DNA of 64,000 bases from Rhizaria sp. SCN 62-66. Its lineage: Eukaryota. The DNA is taken from positions 1-64,000 of the forward strand of contig MEDY01000050.1 in assembly GCA_001724265.1 (NCBI GenBank), written 5' to 3'. A program made the position numbers and the translations under genes. Below the pieces are notes generated by a model. The model ran no database searches. It saw nothing but the letters and a program-made list of their open reading frames with translations, and was not told the origin of the DNA. This document shows, one piece after another, positions 10,301 through 21,834 of the stretch. Numbering within the stretch: position 1 is the stretch's first letter; each line of letters starts with the position of its first letter.

Positions 10301-11831
10301 TCCCAACAAGAACAGCGCGAGCGCTACCAAGTCTAAGTCCGCCACCGCCGCGGTTGCCGCTGCCGCTGCGAAGGGCAAGAAGGGCAAGGCCGCCGCCGCC
10401 GCCGCTGCTTCTGAGGCTGAGGCTGAGGTTGGTGATGAGGTGACCGTGAGCGTGACCGTGGGCGTGTCGATGGCCGCGCTGTCCCCGCTCACGGTTACCC
10501 TCACGGCGGCCTACTGCACCTCCCTCCTCCGCGCCGCCCTCAACAGCAAGGACAACAGCAAGGATGCCGCTCACAAGGACGGTTTCGACGCGCGTCTGCT
10601 GTCGCTGCTGCCGCTGTCGGTGCTAATCTCCTCCCACTGCCTCTCGGCGCGCGCCGTCCCGGGCGTCTCGGCGCTGCTGCGGCGCGCCCAGCGCTGGGAC
10701 ATGCTCACTGCGGCGCTCACCAGCATGCCCGACCTGGCCGAGGGTGACCTCGTCGAGACGCTCTCCGCCACCCTCGACGGCTGGGCCTCGGCTGCCTCGG
10801 TCGCTGCCAACTCAGCCGACTCTAGCTACAATGGCTCCGCTGCTGCGAGAGCCGGCCTGGAGTCTCTGGCCGCGCCGCAGTCGCTGACGGTGCCCGCGGC
10901 CAAGGCGCTGCTGCTCTCGGTGCTCGACGCGCCGGCCTCGCGCCGCTTCCTCACGGCCGAGCTGCGCAGCCTCGACGCCTCGCAGGTGATCGCGCTGCTC
11001 GAGTACCTGCTCGCGTGGATCACGCTGCTCTGGGTTGCGAACCCCGCCGTCGCCGCCGGCGCCGGCGCTGTGGTTCAGGGCGGGACTCAGACTGGCAAGG
11101 GCGGCAAGAAGGCCGCCAAGCGCCGCCTCCAGAAGCGCCACGCACGCGCCCAGGACGCGCGCGACGCGTACCAGGCGCTCGCGCTCACCGCGAAGACCGT
11201 CGGGAAGAACAGCGGCGACTGGGTTCCCAGTTCGATGACTGACAGCGACGACGACGACGAGGCCGAGGCTGAGGGCGACGACAGCGACGAGCCCGAGGTT
11301 AGCCCCCGCGCCAAGCGCAGCAGCTCGCTGGTGAGCCTGGAGCGCAGCATCAACGCCGGCGCCCAGCTCCTGCTTCCCGCCCGCAGCAGCGCGACGGGCG
11401 GCAGCAACGGCCACGGTTTCTCGACCAGCGGCGCGAACCTGTCGTGCCCGACGCTGGGCAAGGTGCTCGACTGGGTGTCGATGCTGCTCGACGCCCACTT
11501 CCCTCAGCTACTGCTGCTGGTGACGCTGCACGCGCAGCAGTCGGCCGCCGCCGCGAAGGCTAGCGTCAACACGAACGCGCTCGTCCAGTCCGGATCGGGC
11601 GCCGCCGCGGCGGCCTCCACGGCGGCTGTGAAGGGCGGCAGCGTGGGCAAGAGCGCCGTCTCGGTGCTGCTGCGGCTGCGCGCCCTGGTGGCGGAGCGGC
11701 ACTGCCAGGTCAGCGCCGAGGCCGAGGGCATCAAGGAGGTGCTCAAGTTCTGGGCCAGTCAGGCCACGGGCAACGCGCCCAAGCCCATGCCCGCGCAGGG
11801 CGACTACAACGTGCACGTCATCCGCATCTGA
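7362..11831 (+). CDS. NOL11: Nucleolar protein 11 (NOL11/Utp8-like) with large Ala-rich insertions
   Basis: Single ORF from ATG 7362 to TGA. C-terminal LEYLLAWI...CPTLGKVLDWVSMLLDAHFPQLLL...YNVHVIRI resembles the NOL11 C-terminal domain (PTL.Q..DW..LLLDA.F...Y.I..L.L). Confidence 0.75.
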   Translation: MIPSPSIAPLVVFGSKGVAVGVSAGPKDTLIVTYPTQVDVYAHLSHLAATLPATVAGARPHSLPAPDVKPLFSYALTRPKGKKWAAVPAPFAAFSHAVVYHPGTDSFVGVADNDALVAWSASSALPDTLPSEMADEDTAATEEEADALAAIAAATAEDAASAQSLFKALTCPLFATPAPTSVFTLCAASAALLPAQVLLVDGSGRPSLHPVPTAAIPAPQPPAAPAKTVIASKPVYAAVLDPHAPLGPAGEAVATASAAAAGAGNGAVSAAATGAAAAAGGANAGSNSVRALQSPVTATPTVVVVTRGSDGAFSAKIHLIAPVSTAATNTANGTANANTSVVNGRRVSRPRALTALTVIPLKAPSAADTAAAAPAPALSATPVLLPPLPASAAAAVPGVTVSAAAPSPLACFGSLALLWPVSGVWQLAHLTYTGSAKVSSKKAAAAAAAAAAAAAAAGNASPTDSAAATDAAAGAVAGGVQSAALELIAQRNTAFLPGASGANGVVAAAMADPYYHYTLTVTPLNNNNSSNSANSSNTATSASAKAKAASALDASPVGAALAVTATELVYGTVAAHATSASAAAVPAAAAALAPAVAVARAAKTAASKADSASAAPAAAAKKGGKGSGKGGSAEEAAALATLTATASASDSGAVSVTGADVLSAVAVHTPHGGPAPAHLLRTLPPLPRSAAAAGHGQGGYTAAGAVVVVTAWGLALVSAAGAKPSVLSTMGKAAPSLRFYPPALATAAAATAAAAASAANTDSAGASASSSANAAAAVAGSAGAAAAVGGARTLGVYCPFDNNNNSSSSSDSATTSNAVTSGAGFESLLSNALTTPSSASFSNTISDQWSSALAQSDTATARSLSHLFPHLAPHFAHGHSAAVAASSSAAASSAKEGMLSADEFAARFFALAATLSPATAPAALREAAAAHWDQPAVAAAAAKSPAAWRALAAAAAAAAEGNGNDKSGASSKGATVLLSIPNKNSASATKSKSATAAVAAAAAKGKKGKAAAAAAASEAEAEVGDEVTVSVTVGVSMAALSPLTVTLTAAYCTSLLRAALNSKDNSKDAAHKDGFDARLLSLLPLSVLISSHCLSARAVPGVSALLRRAQRWDMLTAALTSMPDLAEGDLVETLSATLDGWASAASVAANSADSSYNGSAAARAGLESLAAPQSLTVPAAKALLLSVLDAPASRRFLTAELRSLDASQVIALLEYLLAWITLLWVANPAVAAGAGAVVQGGTQTGKGGKKAAKRRLQKRHARAQDARDAYQALALTAKTVGKNSGDWVPSSMTDSDDDDEAEAEGDDSDEPEVSPRAKRSSSLVSLERSINAGAQLLLPARSSATGGSNGHGFSTSGANLSCPTLGKVLDWVSMLLDAHFPQLLLLVTLHAQQSAAAAKASVNTNALVQSGSGAAAAASTAAVKGGSVGKSAVSVLLRLRALVAERHCQVSAEAEGIKEVLKFWASQATGNAPKPMPAQGDYNVHVIRI

Positions 11832-12389
11832 AGTAGTCATCTGCTCTGCTGGGAGATGTGCGACTTGAAGCCAACGTGGACTGTGTCACTGTGATTTGCG
11901 GCCATGCTAGGGCCAGCTCTAAGCTAGGGATATATATTTACAACTACATATATTCAAATTCTTTTACACTGTTAATACTATCACGTCAATACAGAAAATC
12001 AAACTCATTAATATCACTACAAAAGCGCTCACACTCTTGCTTAAGACACGAAACCAAGATATTATCAAGAGTAAACTCGAATCGCTACTTGCAAAAGTAG
12101 TCTCATTAGATTTGCATTGAACTCTCATATGACATAACCCGAATTTGTATCGATTAGCGATTGGTAAATGTTGTTTATAGAGTGAAAGTACTCAAGACGG
12201 ATGCGAAAAGTCGTTTGTGGTGGTGGTGGCCGGTTGCCACTCAGAGCGAGGGCAAAGCGAGCGCGGGTCATTTCATCGACCTTTTGCCCTGTTTCCAGCT
12301 CCTACACGACTCATTGTTCGCTGTATTTGAATATTTCCATCAGTGATATATCTGTTTTTATTTGTTTAATCTTGTTGTCTGCTGGTTGT

Positions 12390-15300
12390 ATGCCTGTACA
12401 AGGCTCGAATCCTGCGGCCCTCGATATCCTCTCGGCTGCCGTATCACGCCTCCGTATCTCCCCTGCCCGCCACGTGCTCTCACCTCTTTACTCATTCACA
12501 AACTGTTTCTCCTTTTTATGTTTATTTTATATCTTTTAGTGCGCTTTCTGTGTCCGTAACATCGCAGTAACACCCACAGGAGTCGTCCTTTAACTCCCTT
12601 CCCCCTCTCGCGTGCGTGCGACCGTCACACACACCCGAAACCACACACTTCAGCAGGACTGCTAACTCACCCTCCTTCCCTTTAGCCGTGTTCCCGCGAT
12701 GCTTGTCTCGTCCATCTCGCGTCCGGCCTACTCCCCGGCCGTGACGCGCGCGCTGGCCGCGGCCGCCACGCCCCAGGCCACCGCGACTTTGCGCCACGCC
12801 GCACTGCCCCCGCCGTCGACGGATCCTTCGACGTCGACCACCACGGCCTCCGCCTCTGCCGCCACGGCCGCCGCGCAGGGTCTCGCGCCGCGCCTTGCCC
12901 GCAGCCTGCTCGACGGCTCGTTCGCGGACACTCTGCTCGTGATCCGTCCCTTCTTCCCACTGTCCCCGCTCCCCCCCGGCTCCGAGGCCGCAGCCATTGC
13001 GTGCCCGCCGCAGGTCGCACTGACCGTGCACCGCGCCGTGCTCGCCTCGCGCTCCCCCATCCTTGCCTCGACCTTCTTCGGCGCGCTCGCCTCCGCCAAC
13101 AGCACCGGTGGCGCCGACAAGAACGCCAAGAATGCCAAGGGCGCGAACAAGAGCGCGAGTGCAGCCAACGGCGGCGTCGGCGATGAGAACAAGTGCAACA
13201 GCAGCGACTACATGACGCGTTTTGAGCTCATCCTGCCCCTGATTGCGCCCCCCGCGGTGATGACGGCCACGGCGCCCTACATCCTCGCTACCGCGGCCGC
13301 TGCGGCGCACACCGCAGCCTTCCTGCCGCCCGCCGTCGCCGCCGCGCTCACCGCCAGCGCCAGCGCCACGGCCGCAACTGTCGCGCGCGCCGCGGCCGTG
13401 CTGCCGCCGGACCACCTGGCGTGGGCCGCCACGGTCCAGGCCTTCCAGATCTTTATTGCGCATTTGTACCTTACCCCCACCATCGCAGACCTCGCCAGCG
13501 CAAACAACAACAACAGCAGCTCTAGCACGAGCTCTGGCTCTGGCTCTGGCTCTGGCGCTGCAGCGTCCAACGCGAACGCCGCCAACGGCGACTCTGGCTC
13601 CAGCAAGGCTGTCACCGTGTTTTCTAGCGCGAACACGATGAACAGCAACAACAACAGCAACAGCTCCGCTCGCGGCAGCGGCAGCGCGCGGCTGGCCCCG
13701 CAGGCGACGCTGCCGGCGCCGCTGGCCTTCGCTCTGCTGGAGCTGGCCAACTTCTTCGACGTGCCCGCCATCCGCACGCTCGCGCACCGCGCCTTGGTAC
13801 GCAGAAACAACCAATTCGCGTCGTCTTTCATTCACCATGTTGCTGTTGGATCCCTTTATGCTTGACTCTCTTCTCGCTATCCTCATGTCCTCACACAATG
13901 TGTTCTCTCCGACCTTTTGCTTTCTGCTTTGTTTTTCTTGCTCTCAACGCTACTCCAGGCCCCGTCGCTGTCTCTGCGGTCCGCGGCGCGGCTGCTGCGC
14001 GACGCTGCGCCCTACGCCGCCGCCGCGCCGCTCGTGTCTGACGCCGTGGTGGCCTTCGCGGAGCACGCCGACGACATCTTCCGCCGCGGCCACCACCTCG
14101 CGCTGCCCTTCGAGGTTTTCCACGCGCTCCTGGCCTCTGCCGCCGACGTCGCGCCCGCCACCCACGCCACGGCCACCGCGGCCGCCGCCGCCACGGCCGC
14201 GCTGAGCCAGACCAGCAGCAGTAGCAGCAGCCTCAGCGGGCTGGGCGCTGGCGGGCCGCCCGGGCTCGCGCGCGCGGGGTCGCTGCTCACTGCCACGGCG
14301 GCGGCGCGGAGCACGGCGGGCTCCCCGCTGCCCGGGCTGTGCGCGAGCGAGCCCGTCGTCGCAGAGGCCATCTGGGCCTGGATCCTTGCTAATAGGGCCA
14401 CGCGCCGCCAAGTACGTCCATTTCACTCGCTAAAGATAAATACTGCAATCTACTTGTAATATACTGTGTATTCAAACAAATTTAATGTTTATTATAAGAT
14501 TCATTGTGAGCATTAAAAATCGTTTCACTCACTTTGCACTCGCGCACTTCTTGTTTCTTGTTTCTCTCGTTTGTACTCCTTAGGCGCGCGCCCTGCTGCT
14601 GACGCTGCGCCTGGGCGGCCTAGCGCTGGACGCGCTTGTGGCGCGCTACCTGGGTCCCGTGCTGACGCCCGCCGAGCTGTCCTTCGCCCTGCGCGCGCGC
14701 GCCGCCGCCGAGGCTGTGCTCCGTGCCCGCGCGCCCGTGGCCTGGGAGAACTGCCGCCTTGTCGCCGCCGCTGCCGCCGCCGAGGCCGCCGCCGCGGAGG
14801 CCGAGGTCACGGCGGGCTCGGTCGCGCGCGCTGCCGCCGCCTCCGCCGCCGCGGCCGCGGCCGCCGCCGCAAAGACCCCCGGGCACGTGAGCTCGACGGT
14901 GTGGTGGCAGCCACAGTCGCCTGGCGGGCCTATCGTCGCCGACAACGCCGCCTACACCGCGGCCTATGCGCTCTTCCCGGCCGCGCTCTTCGCCCCGTCC
15001 GGCTCCGGCAACGGCCCGCTGGCGGCTGGGCTGAGCAACACGTTCGTGGGCGCGCTGTCGGCCGCGCGCAGGGCCTGGGAGGCGCAGGGCATCGCCGGCG
15101 CGCGCGCGGGGGCCGCCGCGGCTGTGGCGGCCGCAGAGGCCGCGCAGGCGCGGCTGCCGTCGCGCTTCGTCAACGCCAGCGCGGGCGGCAAGAGCAACAA
15201 CAGCAGTGGCATCACCGACTACAAGAATAAGAACAAGGTTATTGCGAACATCAAGGGCAAGAACAACAACAGCGCGAGCTACGAAGTGATCCCGACGCTG

Positions 15301-18300
15301 CGCTACTGGGCGCGCATCCCCGCCGTCGTCGTCCCCGGCAGCGGCGACGACGCCATCAACGCCCACACCGGCAGCACTCTGGGTTCCGGCACCCCCCGCA
15401 GCGCGACCCACGGCCTCCTCCCGTCCAGCGCCGGCATTGGCATTGGCGCTGGATCTAACGCTGGCGCGAGCTCTGCGCTGAAGCAGCAACCTGCGCAGGG
15501 CACCTGCATCGCCGTTGGGCTCGAGAACCACCCCGCGGCGTACCTTTACTCCGAGCTGCACCGCGTCACCAACATCAACGCCAACAACACGACCACCGGC
15601 GGCCGCAACGCAGGCAACGCCGCGCTGCTCCAGGCCAGCAGCGGCTCCATGCCCAGTCTGCTCGACGGCCCCAGCAACGCCGGCGGCATCGGCGGCAGCT
15701 CCGGCGTGGCGGCGGCGCGCGCGTTTAACCGCATGGCCTCGCGCCACAACCTCATCATGAACACCTCCGGCGCCAACAACAACGCCAACGCCGGTGACGG
15801 CAACTTCAGCAGCATCGCGCAGTACGACAACGACACCTCCGCGGTCGCCGCCGCCGCCGAGGCTGCGGCGCAGTCGCTTGAGTCCGCGAGCGCGCTCATC
15901 GACCGTCGCGAGGGCGACCGTGTCGCGCGGCTTAACTTCCTCTCCTCGCTGTCGCCGGCGCTGGCGCGTTGGGTGAACCGCTTCGCACTGCCCGTGACCA
16001 CGGCCTCGGTCTTCCACGAGGTCACCGCCACGGCCACGCCCGCCGCCGCCGCCGCCAAGGCGCGCGCCACGGCTTTCCCCACCGCCTCTGCGGTCAACAG
16101 CCACCTCAAGGACCTCGACACCGGCGCCGCGGCGACTGCGACGGCGGCCGCCCGCGGCCCCGTGCGCTCCGGCGTGACCCTGCGCGAGCTCCTCGCGGGC
16201 GCGGGCACTGGCCACTACTCGCGCGCGCGCTACCTGCAGGCGATGCGCAGCGCGGGTGCCTCGAGCGAGGCCGTGGACTACGCCGCCGCCATCCTGCCCG
16301 TCGAAGACCCCCTGTTCTGCCCACAGTCCAACAGCAGCGGCAGCGGCGGCTTCCTCGCTGCGGCGGCGTCGAACAACATCATCAGCAACCTCGACGAGTT
16401 CCCGCCCGTGTACTTCCCGTGGACGTGTCCGTCGTGCTCGCGCCTCGTGACGCCCGCCGCGCTGACCAGCCACAGCATCCGGCTCCAGACGGGGCCCGTG
16501 GCGCGCGGCGCCCAGTGCCAGTGCGGCGCGCGTCCGCCCCCGGCGGCGCTGAGTCCGCTGCCCGTGGGCTACTGCTGCTCGCGCTGCACCGCCTTCTCCA
16601 TCGGCAACGGCGACCGCAAGGCCTGGGGCGGCAGCCTCGCTAACAGCGCCAACAACAATAGAAACAGCAACAACGCGAACGAGCTCGTTGAAGCTGTGGG
16701 TGCACCGCTCATGAACAAGGCCAACCACGTGCTCGCGCTGACGGCGTGCCGCGAGGTCATCGAGGTGCTCACCACGACTCGCAACGCGCGCGAGAGCATA
16801 GAGAGGGGCAACGCCAAGGCGCTGGTGAACAAGGCGCTCACCGCAGACAACACCAGCGGCAAGGCGGGCAAGAAGCCCGCTGGCAACAACGGCAATGATG
16901 CAGACGAGGAGGACGGCCCCAGCGGCGGCGCCAAATCTTCCACTGCAACTGCGATTGAGGAGCCTGACGCGCTGGCCGTGACCACGGTGGGCGCGGCGCA
17001 GATCCGCACGGCGCTGGCGCGCGCCGCCAACGGCACCGCGGCGAACACGGTTGCGCTGGCCGCGCTGGAGAAGGAGCTCATCAGCCGGCTTGTGCTGGAC
17101 CTGGTGCTGTCGCCGCAGCAGCTCGCTCTGTCATACTACGCCACGCCGAACGACAGCGGGCTCGGCGAAAGCACCTACTACGTACGTCGCAAATTTAAAC
17201 AAAAACAAAACAATGAAATGAAATGAAATGATTGCTTCAATGTAATTCAACTACTTTTATTTACTCCTGAACATCTCTAACCAATATCTTGTCTTTTGTG
17301 TCTTTTTCGCTGTTTTACACCATCCATCATGTCCAGGGCCGCACGATCGAGCCCCGCTGCCACGTGTGCGACTCGCCCTTCCAGCAGCCCTCGGCGCCCG
17401 CGCCCACGGAGGGTCCCGGCGACGGCAACATCAACGCCAACGTGCCGGCCGACTCCGCGGTGCCCATCCTGCGCCCGATGTGCTGGAACTGGGACAACGC
17501 CATCTTGTCCCCGCCATCGCTGTCTCTGTGTGGCGAGCTCCGCAACTTCATCCCGCCTCGCTTCCTTGCCGCGCTCGACAAGACGGCCGCCGCGCTTTAC
17601 CTCGGCGCCGCCTGGGCGCTGCCCGACCCCAACGCCGCAGCTGCCGCCGCCGCGAGCAAGACCGGCGGCGCTGGCGCGAACGCTGGCGGGCCGAACTTGC
17701 TGACCGACGCCGCCACGGCCGCCGCCATCGCCGCCTCGGCCTCCGGCAGCTCGGGCTTCGCTGCTGCAGGCTCAGGAGCGGAGGCGCGCGTGAGCACCAC
17801 GGGCGGCGTCCCCGACTCGCGCGCCGTCGTCATTGCCAAGGCCGAGATCCTCGTCGCCAACGCCGCCGCCGCCGTCTCGAGCAGCGCAAGCTTGATCGCC
17901 GAGGCGTCGCCCGAGACGCAGCTACTGCTGAACATGATTGCCCCCTTGCACCCCTCGCCGCTCGACTCCGAGCAGTCCCCTTCTGCCGCCGCGGCCGCCG
18001 CCGCAGCTGCTAAGTCGGGCTCCGCGTCCCTGTCCGTTATTAACTACACTGGCGCTGGTGCCGCCAGCGGCGACGGCGAGGTGGTCACGGCGCTGTCGTC
18101 GCCTGTGCCCGCCCCTGCGCTGCCGCTGGGCTCGCCGTCGTACCTGTCGCCGCTGCCGTCCTGGCCCGCGCCGCTGGAGCCGCGCCTGCCGTCGCCGCGC
18201 CATAGCACGCGCACGCGCTTCCTCGTCATCGGCGCCCGCTTCGCCGCGCGCACATTTGCGCCGCTGCCGCGCAGCTACTTGCACTGGAAGCGCGCCACGG

Positions 18301-18827
18301 CCGCGCGCTCGCTCTCGGCGCCGCAGCCCGACGCCAGCGACGCCTTCACCCTCGCCTCGGTGACGCCCGCCGCGCTGGCCGCGCTGCCCGCCGCCGCGGC
18401 CGCGGCGCTGCTGGCGCAGTTCGACGCCGTGCTGCTGCTGTCAGGTGGCCGCGGCGACATGAGCGAGAGCGCGCGCAACCCCGTCCCCTCGTTCAACAAC
18501 AACAACAGCTCCAGCTCGAGCTCGAGTGGCTCTAGGTCCGGTGGGCGCCGCGTGCTGTTCGCCGACTCGGCCGACGTAGTGCCCGTCGGGACCAACAGCA
18601 GCGACAACGTCGACAACGGCGGCTTCGGCAGCGCCACGGGCAACGTGCCGCTGCTGCGCGACCTGATGCTGGCTTACGTCGCCAAGGGCGGCTCGCTGGT
18701 AGCCGAGGCGGAGAACTGTGTGCTGTCGAGCAGCGCGCTCGACGGCAGCAGCCTCGCCTTCCGCACCAGCGCGCCCACCGTCGCGCCGATCGACGACGAG
18801 GAGACCGTGGCCGCGCCCGCCCTCACC

Positions 18828-18879
<52 letters not shown>

Positions 18880-21191
18880 GCAGCAGCAACAGCAAGACCG
18901 GCGTGCTGAGTGCGCTGCGGTACACGCAGGCCGACGCGCTGGCGGCGAGCTACCGCATCAGCGCCAACACCAGCGCCGCCGCCATCAGCAGCGGCGACAG
19001 CGACCCCAACGCGGGCGCCACCGCCCCGCTGCGCATCTCCAACACGCTCCCCGCCGCGCCCCCCGCGCCCTCAAGCTCTGGCGCCGCGACTGCGAGTGCA
19101 AGTGCTGAGCTGGCACACGGCGTGCTGTTGTGCCCGCCCGTGCCGTCGCCGCTCGCGGGCGATATGCCGCAGCTGCACTGGCTCCTGACGGGCACCCGCG
19201 ACGCTAACGGCTACGACAACAGCACCAGCAGCACCAGCAGTAGCGGCGATAATGGCAGCGCTGGCGCGGCCGCTCCGGCCGCGACGGCCACCGCTGCTGG
19301 AGCCGTCGCCGGTGCTGCGGCTGCGGCCGCAGCTGCGACGGCCGCGACGACCGCAAGCGGTCTGGTGAGCACCACGAACCTGACGAGCGTGGACGGCGCG
19401 GCCTCCGCCGCCAACGGCAACGACAGCACGATCGGCCTCCTGGCCGCCGCCGCCTCCGCCGCCGTCTCCGCCGCTAACAACAACAACAGCAGCAGCAGCA
19501 GTGAGAGCAACGGGAGGAAGGACCCCAACGAGGAGTCGGTCGACGACATCGCTGCCACGATCACCGCCCTCAACACCGAGGCCGCCGCCCTCACCCCCGC
19601 CAGTAGCAACAACAACAACAGCAGCAGCGGGAGCAAGGCTGTGGCCGCCGCGGTGGGTCCCGGCGCGTGCTTCCCCTCTCTGGTGCCGCACTGCTACCTG
19701 CGCCTGCCGCCCGCGTCCCGCACCCATCGAGGCCTCTGGGCCGCGACCGCGCCCCTCACCGCCGCGCCCCTCGCCGCCGCGTCCGCCGCCGCTGCAGCCC
19801 AGTCAAACAACGCCAATGCCCGCACCGACGCCCAGTTCATCTCTAGCGTTAGCTCTAACCCTCGCTCCAGCTCTAGCTCTAGCGCAGGCACGGCGGTGGT
19901 GGCCGCGGACGGCAGCGCGCGCGGCCGCAGTATGGGCGTCGCAGTTTTTGCCGAGCCCGGCGCGGCGGCCGCCTCTGGCGCGGTGGGCGGTCAATGGCAC
20001 CACGTGATCGAGTGCGACGTGCTGCTCGCGCTGCCCAGCGACGCCCTCGCGCTCGTCACCGCCTTCACGCCCGCGCCCGGCTACTCCGCCGCCGCCGCCA
20101 CCAACTCCGGCCCCCCGATCGTCAGCAACATCCCCACGGGCGGCGGCGCGGGCGGTAACGGCAGGAGCGAGCCCGCGCTGGTGGCGGTGCCAGTGCCGCC
20201 CACAGTCGCCAGCACCATCCGCGGCGTCGTCGCCGCCTCGCCAGTCACCTCCACCGTCCCCCACGGCAACAGCAGCGCCGGCACCGGCGCTGGCGGCGTG
20301 ACGGCGAGCCCCAGTAGCCCTAACGCTGCCGCGGCCGCCGCGAGCGCGAGTGCGAAGAAAGCCAGCCGACGGCCGCTGCAGCGCGCGCTGTCGCCGCTGG
20401 TGCCGTGCGCGTCTGTCGAGCTGCTCATCCCGCCCGTCCACAGCGTCTCGCTGCCGCACTTGGCATCGCTGCGCGCCTTCATCGCGGGGCCCTACGCGCC
20501 GCGCACCGCCGCCGCCGCCGCCGCGCTCGCCGCAGCCGGCTTCCCCATGTCCTCTCAGTCTGCGCAGGCCTCTGAGACGCAGGCGCTGGCGCAGGCGCAG
20601 CTGCCGCTGGTGCTGAAGCGCGTGTCGAACCCGCGCGCGGCGACGGGCGCGGCGGTGGGCGGCGTGCGCGCGCCGGTGTACGACGTGTTCGGACTGGCGC
20701 GGCGCGACTTCGTGGTTCCCGCCATGGACCGCCAGGACGAGCCCATCGTGCTGCAGGACGACAGCAACAACACCGCGCACACCAGCACCGCCGACTCGAG
20801 CGCGAGCAGCACGGCTGTGGCGACAACCGCGGTGGCTGCTTCGACTGCTGCTCCTGCTGCTGCGGCTGCGGTTGACTTGCGTCGCTTGGCGCCCGTGCTG
20901 TCCCTGGGCGCGCTGGACGACGCCGTGCACGCGGTGCTGGGCCAGACGGCCGGCATCGAGACGCGCGGCCTCACGCGCGGCGGTAGTGTCATCTTCACCT
21001 CTTTCTCGTTCAACCGCAGCGACAGCTCGATGAGCGCGCTCGAGCAGCAGATGGCGCTCGCGCTGATGCTGCGCGCCGGCCGCAGCTCCGCCATCCGCGC
21101 CGAGGGCGACACGCGCCGCGTCGTGCTCGGCGACGCGCACGCTGTCGTCAACGTCTTCAGCTTCGACAACGCCACCGCCGCGCGCGCGTAA
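12390..21191 (+). CDS. Large BTB/POZ-BACK-like domain protein with Cys-rich segments, ~2710 aa
   Basis: Model join(12390..12473,12580..12611,12686..13796,13959..14411,14584..17181,17337..21191); all junctions are GT-AG and keep frame, but the first two exons are tentative. BTB motifs: FADTLL, VHRAVLASRSPIL, AFQIFIAHLY, LLELANFFDVPAIRTL. BACK-like motifs: HLALPFEVFHALL, LCASEPVVAEAIWAWI. Ends TAA. Confidence 0.75.
18828..18878 (+). repeat. (AAC)17 microsatellite encoding poly-Asn
   Basis: Perfect AAC run within the last exon of the BTB gene. Confidence 0.9.
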
Positions 21192-21834
21192 AGCGCATCA
21201 ATGAAGCGGAACTTGGTGGTTATTTGCAAATGCGTCGCAAAAGTAGATATAGTTTTGGTATGTCATTTGATTTTTCCTTTTTAATCTTTGTTTCTTTCTG
21301 GATCAGTCTCTGTGGATGTGTGTCAAAGTGCGCGTGTGTTTGTCAACGTGACAACAGTGTGATTGTAACTTGGTTTGCGTCGTGTAGTAACGCAATATGT
21401 GTCTCAAACAATAAAATCGGTATGTTTTAACAATATTGCGCTTTATAATATGCTATACTCAACTATCATCTTCGTATGTGTGTGTTCAGGGCAGAATATC
21501 CTTGAATTTGAAGGAACAATATGATTTGTGGTTGCAGCACTGGCTAGCTGGATGTGCAAGCTGGTCAAATCGTTCAAATGAAATGCCGTGCACAATGCGC
21601 ATACGAACGTCACCTTGAGATATTGTTGAATAAATAGTTTTAAACAAGGTTTAAATATAGCTTCCTTTAATAATTTTCTCTCAAACCTCAATTTCACTCC
21701 CAAGTCGCCCTGTTTCTTTCTCCAATCCTCCCAGTCTTGTTTATCCCCGACAACATCACTCCTTTACCAGCTTCCCTCCTTGCAAGCAAGCCCTTTTCTT
21801 CTCTACGCGTCCTTTCGTTACTGGCATACGTGCA

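Noticed and set aside
14620-16728. 702-aa antisense ORF
   Set aside because: Shadow ORF of a GC-rich, codon-biased exon of the BTB gene; no recognisable motifs.
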